A DNA stretch of 63,936 nt, filler included, from Octopus bimaculoides (Eukaryota): NCBI RefSeq assembly GCF_001194135.2. It is 9 parts of 8 records of this genome, joined end to end, with 100 filler letters (N's around TTAATTAATTAA, not from the genome) between each part and the next. Parts side by side here need not be neighbours in the genome. Positions count along the whole stretch, not along the records: positions 1 to 25,618 come from NC_068982.1; positions 25,719 to 28,190 come from NW_026410244.1; 7 more parts are not named here. One strand, 5' to 3'. Of the stretch, positions 14,130 through 26,391 are shown in pieces (the stretch's first letter is position 1; each line of letters starts with the position of its first letter). The position numbers were made by a program, and so were the translations under genes. A model generated the notes under the pieces. It did no database searches. It was not told where the DNA came from and was given only the letters and a program-made list of their open reading frames with translations.

Positions 14130-15272
14130 TACAAAAATATCCGGTTGATGTTGAAATTACAATGAAGTAGCCATCGATCTATATCAGAAAACGGTTCTTT
14201 CTTTCTTGGCGAGAAATCTTGAAATAAAACTGAATAATGACATATATATATATATATATTCTTTAGCTAAAACAGTCTCCAGGTCATGTAGTGATGATGG
14301 TGGAGGATATCGACTCCTTACATTTGCACCATAAATGTTCAATAATATTGAGATCTTGGCACAGTGGTGGCCAGAAACGATGTTCATCTTCACTAGGATG
14401 TTCCTCGTGACATTTCGTAGCAACTTTAGCTGTGTTAATGATTCCGTTTCCCCCTGGAAACAGATAAATTATTGGTCCGGCGAATTTCCAAAGTATAGCC
14501 ACCCAAATCATTACAGATCCACCTCTAGTTTCAACAGTTAGAAGAAGGCTGTCAGGTTCAAATGCTTCTTTTGGCTGTCTCCACAGGTATAATCTGCCGG
14601 TTGTCTGAAATAAGGTAATGGATAACTCGTCCGAAAAAATAACATTTTCCCATTGCATTAGTGACCAATTCTTCAGGCTTTTGCTCCACTCTAAACGCTT
14701 TGCAATATTTGTTTTTGAAAGTAGTGGTCTACTGATTGCAGCCGTCCCGTGGAATACGGCTTTGTGCAGCTCCCTGTGAACAGTTTTTATGGAAACTGGG
14801 TTCTGGAGGTGGTCATTAAGTTCTGCAGTAATTTCGGGAGCTGTACTTTTGTGATCCTTTCTAACAATTCGCGTAAGAGGCGGAGGGTCCGTATCTGAAA
14901 GTTTTGGTTCTCTTCCGGAGATTTATTTCGACGTGGAGGTTTTTTCCATTTTCTCAATTGCTGTCATTACATTCGAGACGGTACTTCTTGATGCACAAAA
15001 CATTTCGGCTCTTTTTGTTAAGCTAGCACCTGCCATACGAGCACCAACTATTTGACCTCTTAGAAAGTCTGATAGCTCTGTCATTTTAAGGAATTCTAAT
15101 TACCTTTTTCTAATGATATCTGAAAAGAAACAGCAATTTTAGCAAAACATATTAACACTAATAATAAATAAAATAAAAACTTAAAGATAAACAAGCTTTC
15201 CACATTTTTTTTAGACATTTGAATATTACGATGCTATGATAGATGTTTCCATTATTTTGTCCAACCTCTGTA
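14130..15272 (-). mobile_element. Decayed Tc1-like DNA transposon (DDE transposase pseudogene)
   Basis: ATG at 15084 gives MTELSDFLRGQIVGARMAGAS (HTH region), one stop, then in frame VIFSDE...GGSVMIW...WPPLCQDLNIIEHLW (ORF 14284-14658). A Tc1-type TIR (CAGAGGTTGGACAAAATAATGGAAACA on the minus strand) is flanked by TA at 15271-15272. The left TIR was not recognised. Confidence 0.9.
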
Positions 15273-15643
15273 TTTATGCATGTAAGTATGTATATTATGC
15301 ACAACGGGACGTAAATAATAACTCAAGTGTATTTAAATAACATAAAGCATGTAAAACCTCAGTGGAAGAAAGATGAGAAAGAGAGGTTCTTGATAGAGAG
15401 GAGTCACAACCTATGAACCGCTCTGACAAGTGACTCGCAACATAAAGAACACAAGTGATCCCCATCTGTTTTGGTATTGAATATCAGCAGTGTGTATTGA
15501 ATGTGTTGAGAATAATACATCACTCAAAATAACGTCTTGTATGTGTTAAAAATTACATACATACATGCATACATGCATTCATACATGCACACACACACAC
15601 ACGCACACAAACACATGCACAAACACACACACGCACACATATA

Positions 15644-16951
15644 CGCTGGGTGGGTGAAAAGTAAGTGGTCATCAAATATTGTCAATAAAATCCATATTAC
15701 TTTTACAAATTGATTGAAACAAATGATACATGTTCTTTATTACATGAGAAAATGAAAGTAAATCTTCATATTTCAACGTAAGCACCGGTGGCGTTAACCA
15801 GTTTTCTCAAACGGTCAGGGATGGAATGAACAACCTTCTGCATGATATCGTCTGAGATATCACTGAGAAAGTCCTGAGTGCGTGTCTCCGAGTCCTCCAG
15901 TGTTCGAGATTGTGTTTTGTAAAACTCTTCTATTGTGTAACCCCAACGGTAAAAATCACATGGAGTGAGATCTGGACTTCTTGGAGGTCGTTCATGAGGT
16001 CCGCGTCGTCCCATCCAACGCCCTGGAAAATGCTTGTCTAACCACGCACGCACAGTAAGAGAAAAATAGTGTGGTGCACTATCCTGTACGAATATCTGGT
16101 CAGCAATGTTACCACAACCAGTCAACGTGGACCACACGTAATTTTCGGGCATCTGAAGATAGCGATCCATATTCATGGTGTCACGCAGAAAATATGGGCC
16201 GATGACTCTTGCCGTCACTCCGAACTACACGGTCACTTTTGGCCAATCTTGAATCCTCTCAACCATCACGTTGGAATCCATATCACATGACGCCCAGTAA
16301 TGGCAATGGTGACGATTGATGAAACCACGAACATGGAATACAGACTCGTCACTCCAGAGGATGTTTTCATACAATTCAGGCCAATCTTCATATCAACCTT
16401 GCATTAACTCTCCATATTCAATTCTGTGGTCACAGTCTTCAGGTATTAGCTCCTGCACGTAATGAGATTTCCACGGACGAATATTCAATTCTTTGTGCAA
16501 CACCGTACGTATTGTGTGTCTTGTTAGTCCATTTTCTTGAGCTGCTTGAAGATGCTTGACGTGTTGATTTTTGCGATCTGCGATTAAACATTTCCTGCAC
16601 TGTTGTCAGTTCTTGCATCGCTCACCAGAGACCGTGGTCATCAGATTTGCCAGAGAACTTTTTATTTGCTCCGAATGTAGTGCTGCATGCTTATCTATCT
16701 ATATACGCCACAATCTCTGAACTAAAACAATAGGATTCCATTCTTCATGGCGTGCTACTATCTTAGCTTGCTCCCGAAGAGTCAAGCGAACGGCCATCTG
16801 CAAAACAAGAAATAAGAGATAAGACAATACGAAAATCATAAATTCCCATTATTGTTGTCTTTTTTAAAAATGTTTTCCCTATAATTTCAGTGGTACTAAA
16901 AAATTTATATGCAATTTCTAATGCCTAGTTACTTTCCATACACCCTTCGTC
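15644..16951 (-). mobile_element. Decayed DD41D (rosa-type) Tc1/mariner transposon
   Basis: ATG at 16797. Motifs ILWSDESVFHVRGFINRHHCHYW and QDSAPH...FPGRWMGRRGPHERPPRSPDLTPCDF, with 41 residues between the second and third catalytic Asp by my count. Stop at 15766. Diverged TIR-like ends (GGGTG...AAAGTAA) sit next to TA. Confidence 0.88.
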
Positions 16952-17034
16952 TAATTTATATTTTAGCACTTCTTTTGCAATCCTATAAAGACCTTTTGTT
17001 TCTATTAAAAGAGGCAAATATTATTTCTTCTTGA

Positions 17035-17144
<110 letters not shown>

Positions 17145-17774
17145 TCTTATAAAATTAAGAAGTCAAAGAAACTGGAGACGAAAAATTAAAGAGATGCTTG
17201 GTTTGTTTTACAATTGTTTTACAATAGGAAAAGTAATGCAAATTAAAAGATGACAACATATACCTATAAGAGTATAAATGGAACCGCCTCAACCAACAAA
17301 ATAACACAAAAATTTCCAATCAAGATAGATATTCTACATACATTTATATGTTTCAATATAATATTTAAGATTGATCAATTATCATACCTTTAAAAGATGC
17401 AATAATCTGCATATTGTTAGATTTCTTTAGGAAAAATAGGTGTATTTTAATCTTTAGTTACGGATAACTTATTTTATTTATTTGAGGACAATGTTTAGAT
17501 ATTTTCAAACGTAAACAAACTTACGTGTATATTTCTATCGAATCGGCTGATAAAGAATTACTCAAAACGTACATAAAGGTAACAAAATTGTAGTTCTAAA
17601 GTTTTACCGCCAATTTCTTTTTAGTGGGAAGGTGCTAGTCGATTGCCGACATTCGAAAGGATGATTGGCAAAGTGGACCTCCACAGAAATTGAACTCAAA
17701 GGTAAAGTGTTAGAGGAATGCCACTGAAGTACTGTATTCGACGCGCTAACGATTCTGTCACCTCAAGACCTTAA

Positions 17775-17968
17775 TGATGTTTTGGAATTTGGCACCGTTC
17801 TTGATGGGAGGGATAAGTCGAGGCAGATTTGGTTCTTATTTTATCGACACGTAAAGGATTAGCGGCTAAGTTGACCTGGCTGTAGTCTGAATTCAAAAGT
17901 TGATGACGGACAAAAAGCCGCTAAGTATTATTTTACTCTTCGTGCTAATGAATCTGTCAGCTCGCTGC
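17775..17968 (-). mobile_element. SINE family A, degenerate copy
   Basis: Reverse-complement match to family A (ttttatcgac...ccgctaag...gctaatgaatctgtcagctcgc). The 5' end abuts an (AAC)n/(GAC)n array. Confidence 0.65.
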
Positions 17969-20874
17969 CTTAACAACAACAACAGCAACAACGATGACGA
18001 CGACAACAACAACAACAACAAAGATGACGACGACAACAACAACAACAGTTGTAAGAGCTGTTCTTGGTAATGATTGTAGCCGTTGTTCCTATTAAGCCTT
18101 CTATGCTCATTGCTAGTGTTGATATTCCTAGGATAAATGCTTTGGTGCTAAAAGAGATACCGAAAGCAAAATTATTATCAAACGAAGGCAATTACTTTTG
18201 GAGGTTCTGATGCTTATATTATCGATTAATGTATCTTACCAGTACCTCATTCGATATGAGAACACAAATGAAAACATTATTTGCAACACAAGTGTTGCAA
18301 AGCTTGTTGAATTCTGGTGGTTTGTAAACATTGTCGATAAATCTCTGAAAATAGATATCAACATTGCTACAAGCAATATCCAACTTCCTTACGCTTTGGT
18401 CATTAAAGGATATCTAGTTGTAGAATTCATATCAGGTGTCAACGCAAATAAACGTCACAAGAAATAGTACAATAATGCACCACAATAAAATATTGGACCA
18501 CATCATTCAAAACAACAGGTTGGTGTCCAAGATGACGAAAGACGAGAGAAAAACCATTAGATTATGAACTTAATTAAATTTCATCATAGATACCTTACCC
18601 AATTACCTTTCAGAGATAAAAGTGGAAGCTCTTCATATAACTGTAGTGTTTATAACTTAGGGCTGAGTTACAATTTTCCTTCTAGCCTATATAAAATGCA
18701 GTCAATAGTAGCTTGGATCAATAAAGTAATAAAAATCATATTCTAGTATAATCTGCAAGTGGAACTAAACATGAGATTCGGCAAGGTTATTGACCACCGA
18801 GGGTAAATTTGTGCCGTTTCTATTACATTCAAATTTCATAATGTAATGTTGTACTGAAATGTATTTTAAAGACGTATTTCATAAAAAAACACTCATCCGA
18901 CTGATTTTACTAGACATCTCGAATTATGTTATTCCTTTTAGCGTCACTTCAATCATTCTAATAAAAAAATGTAGTAAGAATATTTATCACCTGAGTAGTA
19001 TAACCGTGCCCATAGCATCGTTTTCTAGGTACTGATTATATAGTAAAAAACGTGACATTCTTATTACAGATAGATAGGTTGTAAGACGAAATTGCATTAA
19101 CAATTATTTTGAATCAAGTTAAATCACGAATTGGATGACTAAACTTCGTTATCTTGGCTTCACTCATAGAATGTCAACATGTAGTAGAATGCTAGCAAGT
19201 TTAAAGTTTAAAATTTTATCTGTAATACGAAATGACATTTCTTATATATTCACATTAAGGAGTAGAATTTGTTATTTGTGAGAGGAAAAGATTTGTCTGG
19301 TGAAATTATATATAAAGCAAACGGGTGATGAATGGATATACCATAGATATCAAGATAAATCCCTTCCTGAAAACATGTTACAGAAAACGTTTGAATTTAA
19401 ATGCATTAGCAAGTAGTGCAGCAGAGACTTCATTAGCGATATCATTTTGTCTATAGTGCAGTATATGAAAGAACAGTATTTATACACAACCAAGCAACTA
19501 CGACAAACAAACAAGAAACGCACATACATAGAGACGCACATATTTATTTGCTTCAATTTTTCGGGCCATGCACGCAATTTCAGGACGCGAGGATTAGGTG
19601 ATTACATCAATGCCAATCCTTAAGTGGTACGCTGAAACTTACGTATTAAATGGTCTTCAGATCTCACAAGACAAAAAAAAAAAAATACTAATAATAAATC
19701 GTATGGCGTGTCTTGAACGGAAATGTGAGCATGGGATAACGTAATGGGAATCGGTAGCTGTAACAATAAATAGTCCTACTCTTTATTTGGTACATAGGTC
19801 TGTTTAATTCATCTTTTATCTACTTTCATAGTAAATGTAAATATACACACACATACAGCTTCACACTCACAGATCTGCATAAACATACACGGACGCAAAC
19901 ACGCAAGCACATATAAACACACACACACACACTGATTGGTTGACTGATGGTGGTGTTGGCCTATGTATCATTAAATTAAACTATGTAAATTATAACTTTA
20001 TAGGAAATATCTAATACATTTACAACCATTATATTAAAGTTAATCAATACAGACAATAATTAATTGTCCATTAACAAACTATGAAAGAATATTGTAACCA
20101 CAACTGTTTTCCCTATCAACAATAAATGTAATTTTGTTTTGTAGAGATTAATTACCGTTTGTTAACAGTCATTATTCATATCTACTTTTAATATGATAGT
20201 TAATAAATACACTAGAGATCACTACATCCTAAAGTTTTGGCTATTTGTAGAAGTGTCTTGTGATATATTTAGATCAGAAACAGAACGATATGTACTGGGA
20301 TGGTTTGGGTACAAATAAATATCCCGTTAGATTAACTTCATAGGCGGGACTGTTTCACTACGACAATTCACTATATCGAATGTGAGGATTATGGCTCTAT
20401 TGACGCTCAGGAAGTTGATGAGCATGGGTAATATTTTAGTAAGCAGAATAAATTAATTCATCTGAGCAACTGTGTGATTTATCCTGAAATGTGTCTTGGT
20501 CAATAATCGATTGTAGAGAGAGAATTGCATGTCAGTGTCTGGCTTGGAGTGGATTTCATGTGCTGCTGACGCTTATTCAGGGAACATAAACGTCGTTAAT
20601 TATAGAGTACAGCTTCTGGTTTATTAGTCATGAAAGCAATTGGTGATGCACTAGAGGAAAGGGACACAACTTTAACTCAGCGAGGAAGGAAACCATAGTG
20701 CACCCTAGCGTTTTCCACAAGAACAAGAAAAGACAACTCTGAGAGATTATAATGTCATGCAGTGCAAATTTTATGTAAAATATCTGCGTCTCATAATCAT
20801 ATCGCTGTGCTACTTCCTATACGTAATATACATGCATGCATGCATACATAAATACATACATACATACATACATT

Positions 20875-20906
<32 letters not shown>

Positions 20907-21165
20907 CAAACATGTGTGTGTGTATGCGCAATCTTACAGGCATGAATAGATACATATGCATAAATATATATATATACACACACATCTAAAACACTACACA
21001 CATACACACACATCCGCAATAAATACCATTTTTGATAGACACCCTTTATACTTCCATACACCCTGCCCGTCCATTATTAACTACCTTAAAAGAAAGCATT
21101 ACCACCTGCCCGCTAATTCCACTTATAATCCTTTTCCATACTTTTCGAACGTTTATTTTGTATTT

Positions 21166-21205
<40 letters not shown>

Positions 21206-21789
21206 TCGTTCTTTCTTTCTTTCTTTCTTTCTGTGTGTGTGTTTCTCTCTCTCTATATACCTCTTTCCTCCATCATCAGCTGTCCCACAGATATCATTAT
21301 GGTTTCGACACTATATATATTTATATATAGTGGACTGAGACGGATGGCCACTAAGTGGACATCCAATATGCTAGATTTGGACCTCATGAGGTCTGACCAC
21401 TAAGAAAAGATTGTTCTCAAGAAAATTCAGCAAATACCAGAACGTAAGGGAGCAAGACAAATGAAAATATACAAAATACAAAGATTAGTCGCATACCTGG
21501 TTTCATTGGTACCACTTACGTAATACATACGTACATGTCCGCAATTCATCAGTGTGACGGTCATAGCAAAATATAATTTGCAGAACTATACACGAGACGT
21601 CCACATGAGATTGAATATGCATATAGTTCTATTCACTTAATATTAATCAAATTCAATTAATATTAATCAAATTAACATTCAACTTTTCACCCTTATTATT
21701 TAAATAAATATATATATATATAACATTCGCACGTTAGGTTTTTGAACATAACACTCCATTCCATTTTGCTCCCGGCCACTCAACTGTAA

Positions 21790-21965
21790 ATGGTTAACTC
21801 GGCGACGGACAAACCCTCCGGCGACGGACAAGGGTGGGAGGATGTTGGCTTGCTCGGCTAGCCTGTGTTGCGGCGTCATTCAAAAGCTAAAACGATGCAA
21901 AATGCATTGAGGCCAACGATGTATAACAACATCCAATATCCTGGTCGATCACACGATAAGCCAAT
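21790..21965 (+). mobile_element. Fragment of a further SINE/LINE-tail-like repeat
   Basis: GC-richer block with internal direct repeat cggcgacggacaa x2 and tail aaagctaaaacgatgcaaaatgcattg...acaacatc...tggtcgatcac. It resembles an octopus repeat from memory and is single-copy in this window. Confidence 0.4.
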
Positions 21966-22654
21966 ACATAAACTCACACATATATTCACCGAAGAATTAA
22001 ATACTTCGTCTAAAAACCGTTACGTTTATCGATAACCCATTTCGTGATTGTTAATGTTATGTATTTATCGACGAAATTCCTGTCAATTTTTTTCTCACTT
22101 TAGAATACCCTACCGTTTATCAAGCATGCGTTTGTATTTTTTATTTAAGTCGTTACGTTTTCTAACATGTTCGACGAACTAAAATAATATAACATCGCAT
22201 AAAATAATGCATTGTAGTGTTAGCATTTTATAAATCGAAAAGGGAGCAAATTTCTATGCCCTTAAAATGTGTGCATGATGTTTATAATTTACAATGATCA
22301 ACCTGGCCGGAGTAAGAAACTTTAAATGTTATTTTAAGAAGAACATGGAAAAGCACTTATACCTATATAGTCACTGAGCGAAATTGCTTAAATCCAACAA
22401 CGTATACATTTGGTTAATTCGTAGCCCTAACACCTATGTGTAGATTACCTCAGCGTGAAAGTAGTACAAAATACGGGTGCCAGCCAAACGCTCCATAAGT
22501 ATTATTATCTATTTCTTAGTAGCTGATTCATATATGTGTTCCACGAGAATGATAAAGGCATAATAATAATAAACTAATAATGATAATAATAATAATAACA
22601 ACACATTTTTCCACAAGGGTAGCTATTTTGGGGGGAAGTATGAGTCGTTTACAA

Positions 22655-22820
22655 CGACTCCATTGTTTCACTGGTGCTTATTTTATCGACTCCGAAATGA
22701 TAAGAAGTAAGGTCGACCTCGGCAAAATTTGAACTCAGAACATAAGGATAGACGAAATTTCGCTAAGCATTTTGCCCGGCGTGCTAACGAATTTGCCCGG
22801 CGTGCTAACGATTCGGCCAA
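22655..22820 (-). mobile_element. SINE family A copy with a 21-bp internal tandem duplication
   Basis: Family-A match, with tttgcccggcgtgctaacga present twice at about 22772-22812. Confidence 0.85.
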
Positions 22821-22849
22821 AATTTGATAAGAATTTCGTCGATAAATAC

Positions 22850-22928
<79 letters not shown>

Positions 22929-22929
<1 letters not shown>

Positions 22930-23274
22930 GGAAAAGAAAACAACGTTTCTCGAAAAGAAATGGAAAACTTTCAAAATACAAAGACCTGGAAATAGAGATA
23001 ACTCGAATGTGGAGTCTAAAAACAGAAACAATTCCTATCATAGTAGGTGCCTTAGGTATAATAAAAAAATATTCAGACAAATACATAACAAAAACAGCAG
23101 GACTTACAAATATATATAACATACAGAAAATTGCACTACTGGGTACTGCGCACATTCTACGCAAAACACTTTCAATACAGTACACATAAGAGCACCACAG
23201 CAAGCCACAGCACATACCCAAGACGCACAGAGCTGCGCTCGGTAGTGAAGTGAAAGCACGTTATAAAAATAAAA
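22929..23274 (+). mobile_element. 5'-truncated R4/Dong-like element: C-terminus of the restriction-like endonuclease domain plus 3' UTR
   Basis: ORF 23007-23189 WSLKTETIPIIVGALGIIKK...IQKIALLGTAHILRKTL matches the PIVIGALG...QK-ALLGTA-ILR terminus of R4-clade ORFs. It begins exactly where the (AAT)n array at 22850-22928 ends. Confidence 0.85.
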
Positions 23275-24739
23275 NNNNNNNNNNNNNNNNNNNNNNNNNN
23301 NNNNNNNNNNNNNNNNNNNNNNNNNNNNNNNNNNNNNNNNNNNNNNNNNNNNNNNNNNNNNNNNNNNNNNNNNNNNNNNNNNNNNNNNNNNNNNNNNNNN
23401 NNNNNNNNNNNNNNNNNNNNNNNNNNNNNNNNNNNNNNNNNNNNNNNNNNNNNNNNNNNNNNNNNNNNNNNNNNNNNNNNNNNNNNNNNNNNNNNNNNNN
23501 NNNNNNNNNNNNNNNNNNNNNNNNNNNNNNNNNNNNNNNNNNNNNNNNNNNNNNNNNNNNNNNNNNNNNNNNNNNNNNNNNNNNNNNNNNNNNNNNNNNN
23601 NNNNNNNNNNNNNNNNNNNNNNNNNNNNNNNNNNNNNNNNNNNNNNNNNNNNNNNNNNNNNNNNNNNNNNNNNNNNNNNNNNNNNNNNNNNNNNNNNNNN
23701 NNNNNNNNNNNNNNNNNNNNNNNNNNNNNNNNNNNNNNNNNNNNNNNNNNNNNNNNNNNNNNNNNNNNNNNNNNNNNNNNNNNNNNNNNNNNNNNNNNNN
23801 NNNNNNNNNNNNNNNNNNNNNNNNNNNNNNNNNNNNNNNNNNNNNNNNNNNNNNNNNNNNNNNNNNNNNNNNNNNNNNNNNNNNNNNNNNNNNNNNNNNN
23901 NNNNNNNNNNNNNNNNNNNNNNNNNNNNNNNNNNNNNNNNNNNNNNNNNNNNNNNNNNNNNNNNNNNNNNNNNNNNNNNNNNNNNNNNNNNNNNNNNNNN
24001 NNNNNNNNNNNNNNNNNNNNNNNNNNNNNNNNNNNNNNNNNNNNNNNNNNNNNNNNNNNNNNNNNNNNNNNNNNNNNNNNNNNNNNNNNNNNNCACACAC
24101 ACACACACACACACACACGTACACCTCTCTCTCTGTCCCTATCTCTCAGACACATACACGCGCGCATGCACGCACAAACTCATCCATGTTTATATGTTCT
24201 AGTACAACATTTTTTTTTTTTGCTGAATGAAACACTATTTATATTAAAGGAAAAAGAGGAAGAAAATTACTGTTGCACAAGTGACTGAAACCACACATTT
24301 TCATGGAATGGATATTGCCATGAGCAATGACACAATTTAATATTTGGCACAATGGAACCTTTCCTCTCATAACGAGATTTCTGTTTTTCGTTCTTTATTT
24401 ATATTTAAAAATAAATGAAAAAAATCTAAAATATTTCAAGAATAAAGACTAAAAGCCAATCTTCTATTTCATATAGCATTAGCTTTTAGTCAATATATTC
24501 TGCGTCAAAAGTCAGAGTCTGCAAAAATTAATTACAAAATTGCATTTGATGTTTAGTTTTAGACTAAAGTTGGATTCGTATAATGAAATTTTGAGGATAG
24601 GTACCCATTTTTGATTAACGCCTTGTGGACAATAATTTTAGAGAAGTGGTGTCTTGTTTTAAATATCTACGGCAGAGGTAGAAATATTTTTAGTGAATGT
24701 GAAATGAAGGACAAAATCGGATTGAAACCAATGCGCCTG

Positions 24740-24960
24740 AACACATAAACGACCACCACGCTGATGGTATACAACACCACGTTTCTCTTGAATTAGTGTA
24801 CTCGGCGCAATACCTACACTGCTACATAAGGCTAAAAATTACTGGAGCTGAGGTAGACATTGTCAAACTGGACAAAAATGTCATCCTATATTGTGCAAGA
24901 GTTCTAAGGAAAACTCTTGAGATTTCAGGGAACAAGTCATTTCAATTCAGGATAACGTTT
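24740..24960 (+). mobile_element. C-terminal fragment of a second R4-like subfamily
   Basis: Translates ...LDKNVILYCARVLRKTLEISG, similar to the LQK-V-L--ARILRK-L terminus of R4-type ORFs. Confidence 0.55.
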
Positions 24961-25084
24961 TCGCTAAATGAATTACTGTATAATAGTGCCAGGCGTTCTA
25001 ACGATGTAGCCAGTTTGCTGTCTGATACTACTATTAATACTAATAATAATGATTGCATCAAATGTTGGTGGAAGATCAGCAATA

Positions 25085-25222
25085 TTGAAGGCAGGGGCCT
25101 GCTGGTACTTAAACTGATTGATCTCTTACGGGTGAAAGACATTGTCGACCTCGGTTGAATTTAAGCTCGGAGCGTATACATGAACGAAATGTCATTAAGC
25201 ATCTTGGTAATGGTTCTGCCAT
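25085..25222 (-). mobile_element. SINE family A, degenerate copy
   Basis: Contains ctggtacttaa...gtcgacctcgg...ttaagcat...ctgcc. The 5' end abuts the (AAT)n array at 25233-25308. Confidence 0.65.
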
Positions 25223-25270
25223 TTCCCTACCTTAATAATAATAATAATAACAACAACAACAACACCAGCC

Positions 25271-25308
<38 letters not shown>

Positions 25309-25618
25309 TTACTGCAATAATATCGCAGAGATTAAGTAAGCACCTGGAAAATAACAACCTGTTTCCAGAAGAGCAGAAGGGATGCTGCAAGAGCTCATAC
25401 GGCTGTAAAGATCAATTATTGATCAATAAAGCCATAACTGAAGACAGCCGCAGAAAGAAGAAAGGCCTCAGTATGGCCTGGGTGGACTACAAAAAGGCTT
25501 TCGACAGTGTTCTCCACACGTGGATTCTGGAAACATTAGCCATAAACAAGGTGGCACCAATTATTATAAAATACATAAGGCACTCAATGAACAAATGGCA
25601 GACAGTGCTACAGCTCCA
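25309..25618 (+). pseudogene. R4/Dong-clade RT fragment, interrupted by an assembly gap
   Basis: Translates NNLFPEEQKGCCKSSYGCKDQLLINKAITED...LSMAWVDYKKAFDSVLHTWI. It starts immediately after (AAT)n. Confidence 0.9.
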
Positions 25619-25662
25619 NNNNNNNNNNNNNNNNNNNNNNNNNNNNNNNNNNNNNNNNNNNN

Positions 25663-25674
25663 TTAATTAATTAA
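25663..25674. other. Assembly linker TTAATTAATTAA in an N44-12-N44 spacer (also at 28235, 32191, 36246, 46568, 50733, 52514, 62664)
   Basis: Eight copies with the same 100-nt geometry (44 N each side where counted). The 12-mer gives stops in all six frames. Confidence 0.95.
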
Positions 25675-25974
25675 NNNNNNNNNNNNNNNNNNNNNNNNNN
25701 NNNNNNNNNNNNNNNNNNGTTACAGTCGATTATAACAAAATATCGATTTTCAGCCGGCAGATTAACGGCAGCTTGTTTATTGCGATGTCGTGTGGGTTGC
25801 TAACTCACCGAGATCGTACAATACAGCCATCGTTGTATAAAATGTTAGTGAAACATTTTGCAGCGAGTTCACTGAGTACATGTACTCTATAATGAGCATA
25901 ACGCAGGGAAGTTTTACAATCAGGATTCCGGAAAGCAAAACGGTATTTAAGCAATTACACCGCAATTGCACTTC

Positions 25975-26166
25975 GGTGAACTGGCAGAATCATTAGAATG
26001 TCGGGCAAAAGGCTTAGCAGCATTTCGTCCATCTTTATATTCTGAGTTCAAATTCTACCGAAGTCGACTTTGCTTTTCATCCGTTTGGATTCGATAAAAT
26101 AAGTGCCACTTGAATACTAGGGTCTCCAACCCCGAAATTGTTGGGCTTGAGTCAAAATTTGAAACC
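25975..26166 (+). mobile_element. SINE family A copy
   Basis: ctggcagaatcattag...ttctgagttcaaattc...gtcgactttgc...aaaatttgaaac. Confidence 0.8.
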
Positions 26167-26169
26167 AGT

Positions 26170-26391
26170 ATTCGTTTATTCTTTTACTTGTTTCAGTCAG
26201 TTGACTGCGGCCATGCTAGACCACCGCCTTTAGTCGAACAAATCGACCCCAAGACTTATTCTTTGTAAGCCTAGTACTCATTCTATCGGTGTCTTTTGCC
26301 AAACCGCTAATGTTACGGGGACGCAAACACACCAACATCGGTTATCAAGCGATGGTGGGGGACAAACACACACACACACACACACACACAC
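26170..26391 (-). mobile_element. SINE family B, 3' half, ending at its internal (CA)n and a gap
   Basis: Reverse complement of 44480-44697. Confidence 0.85.

Noticed and set aside
23104-24230. ORFs of 287-336 aa (likewise 8035-8661, 26278-27189, 49402-50053, 56224-57138)
   Set aside because: Their length is due almost entirely to N runs.
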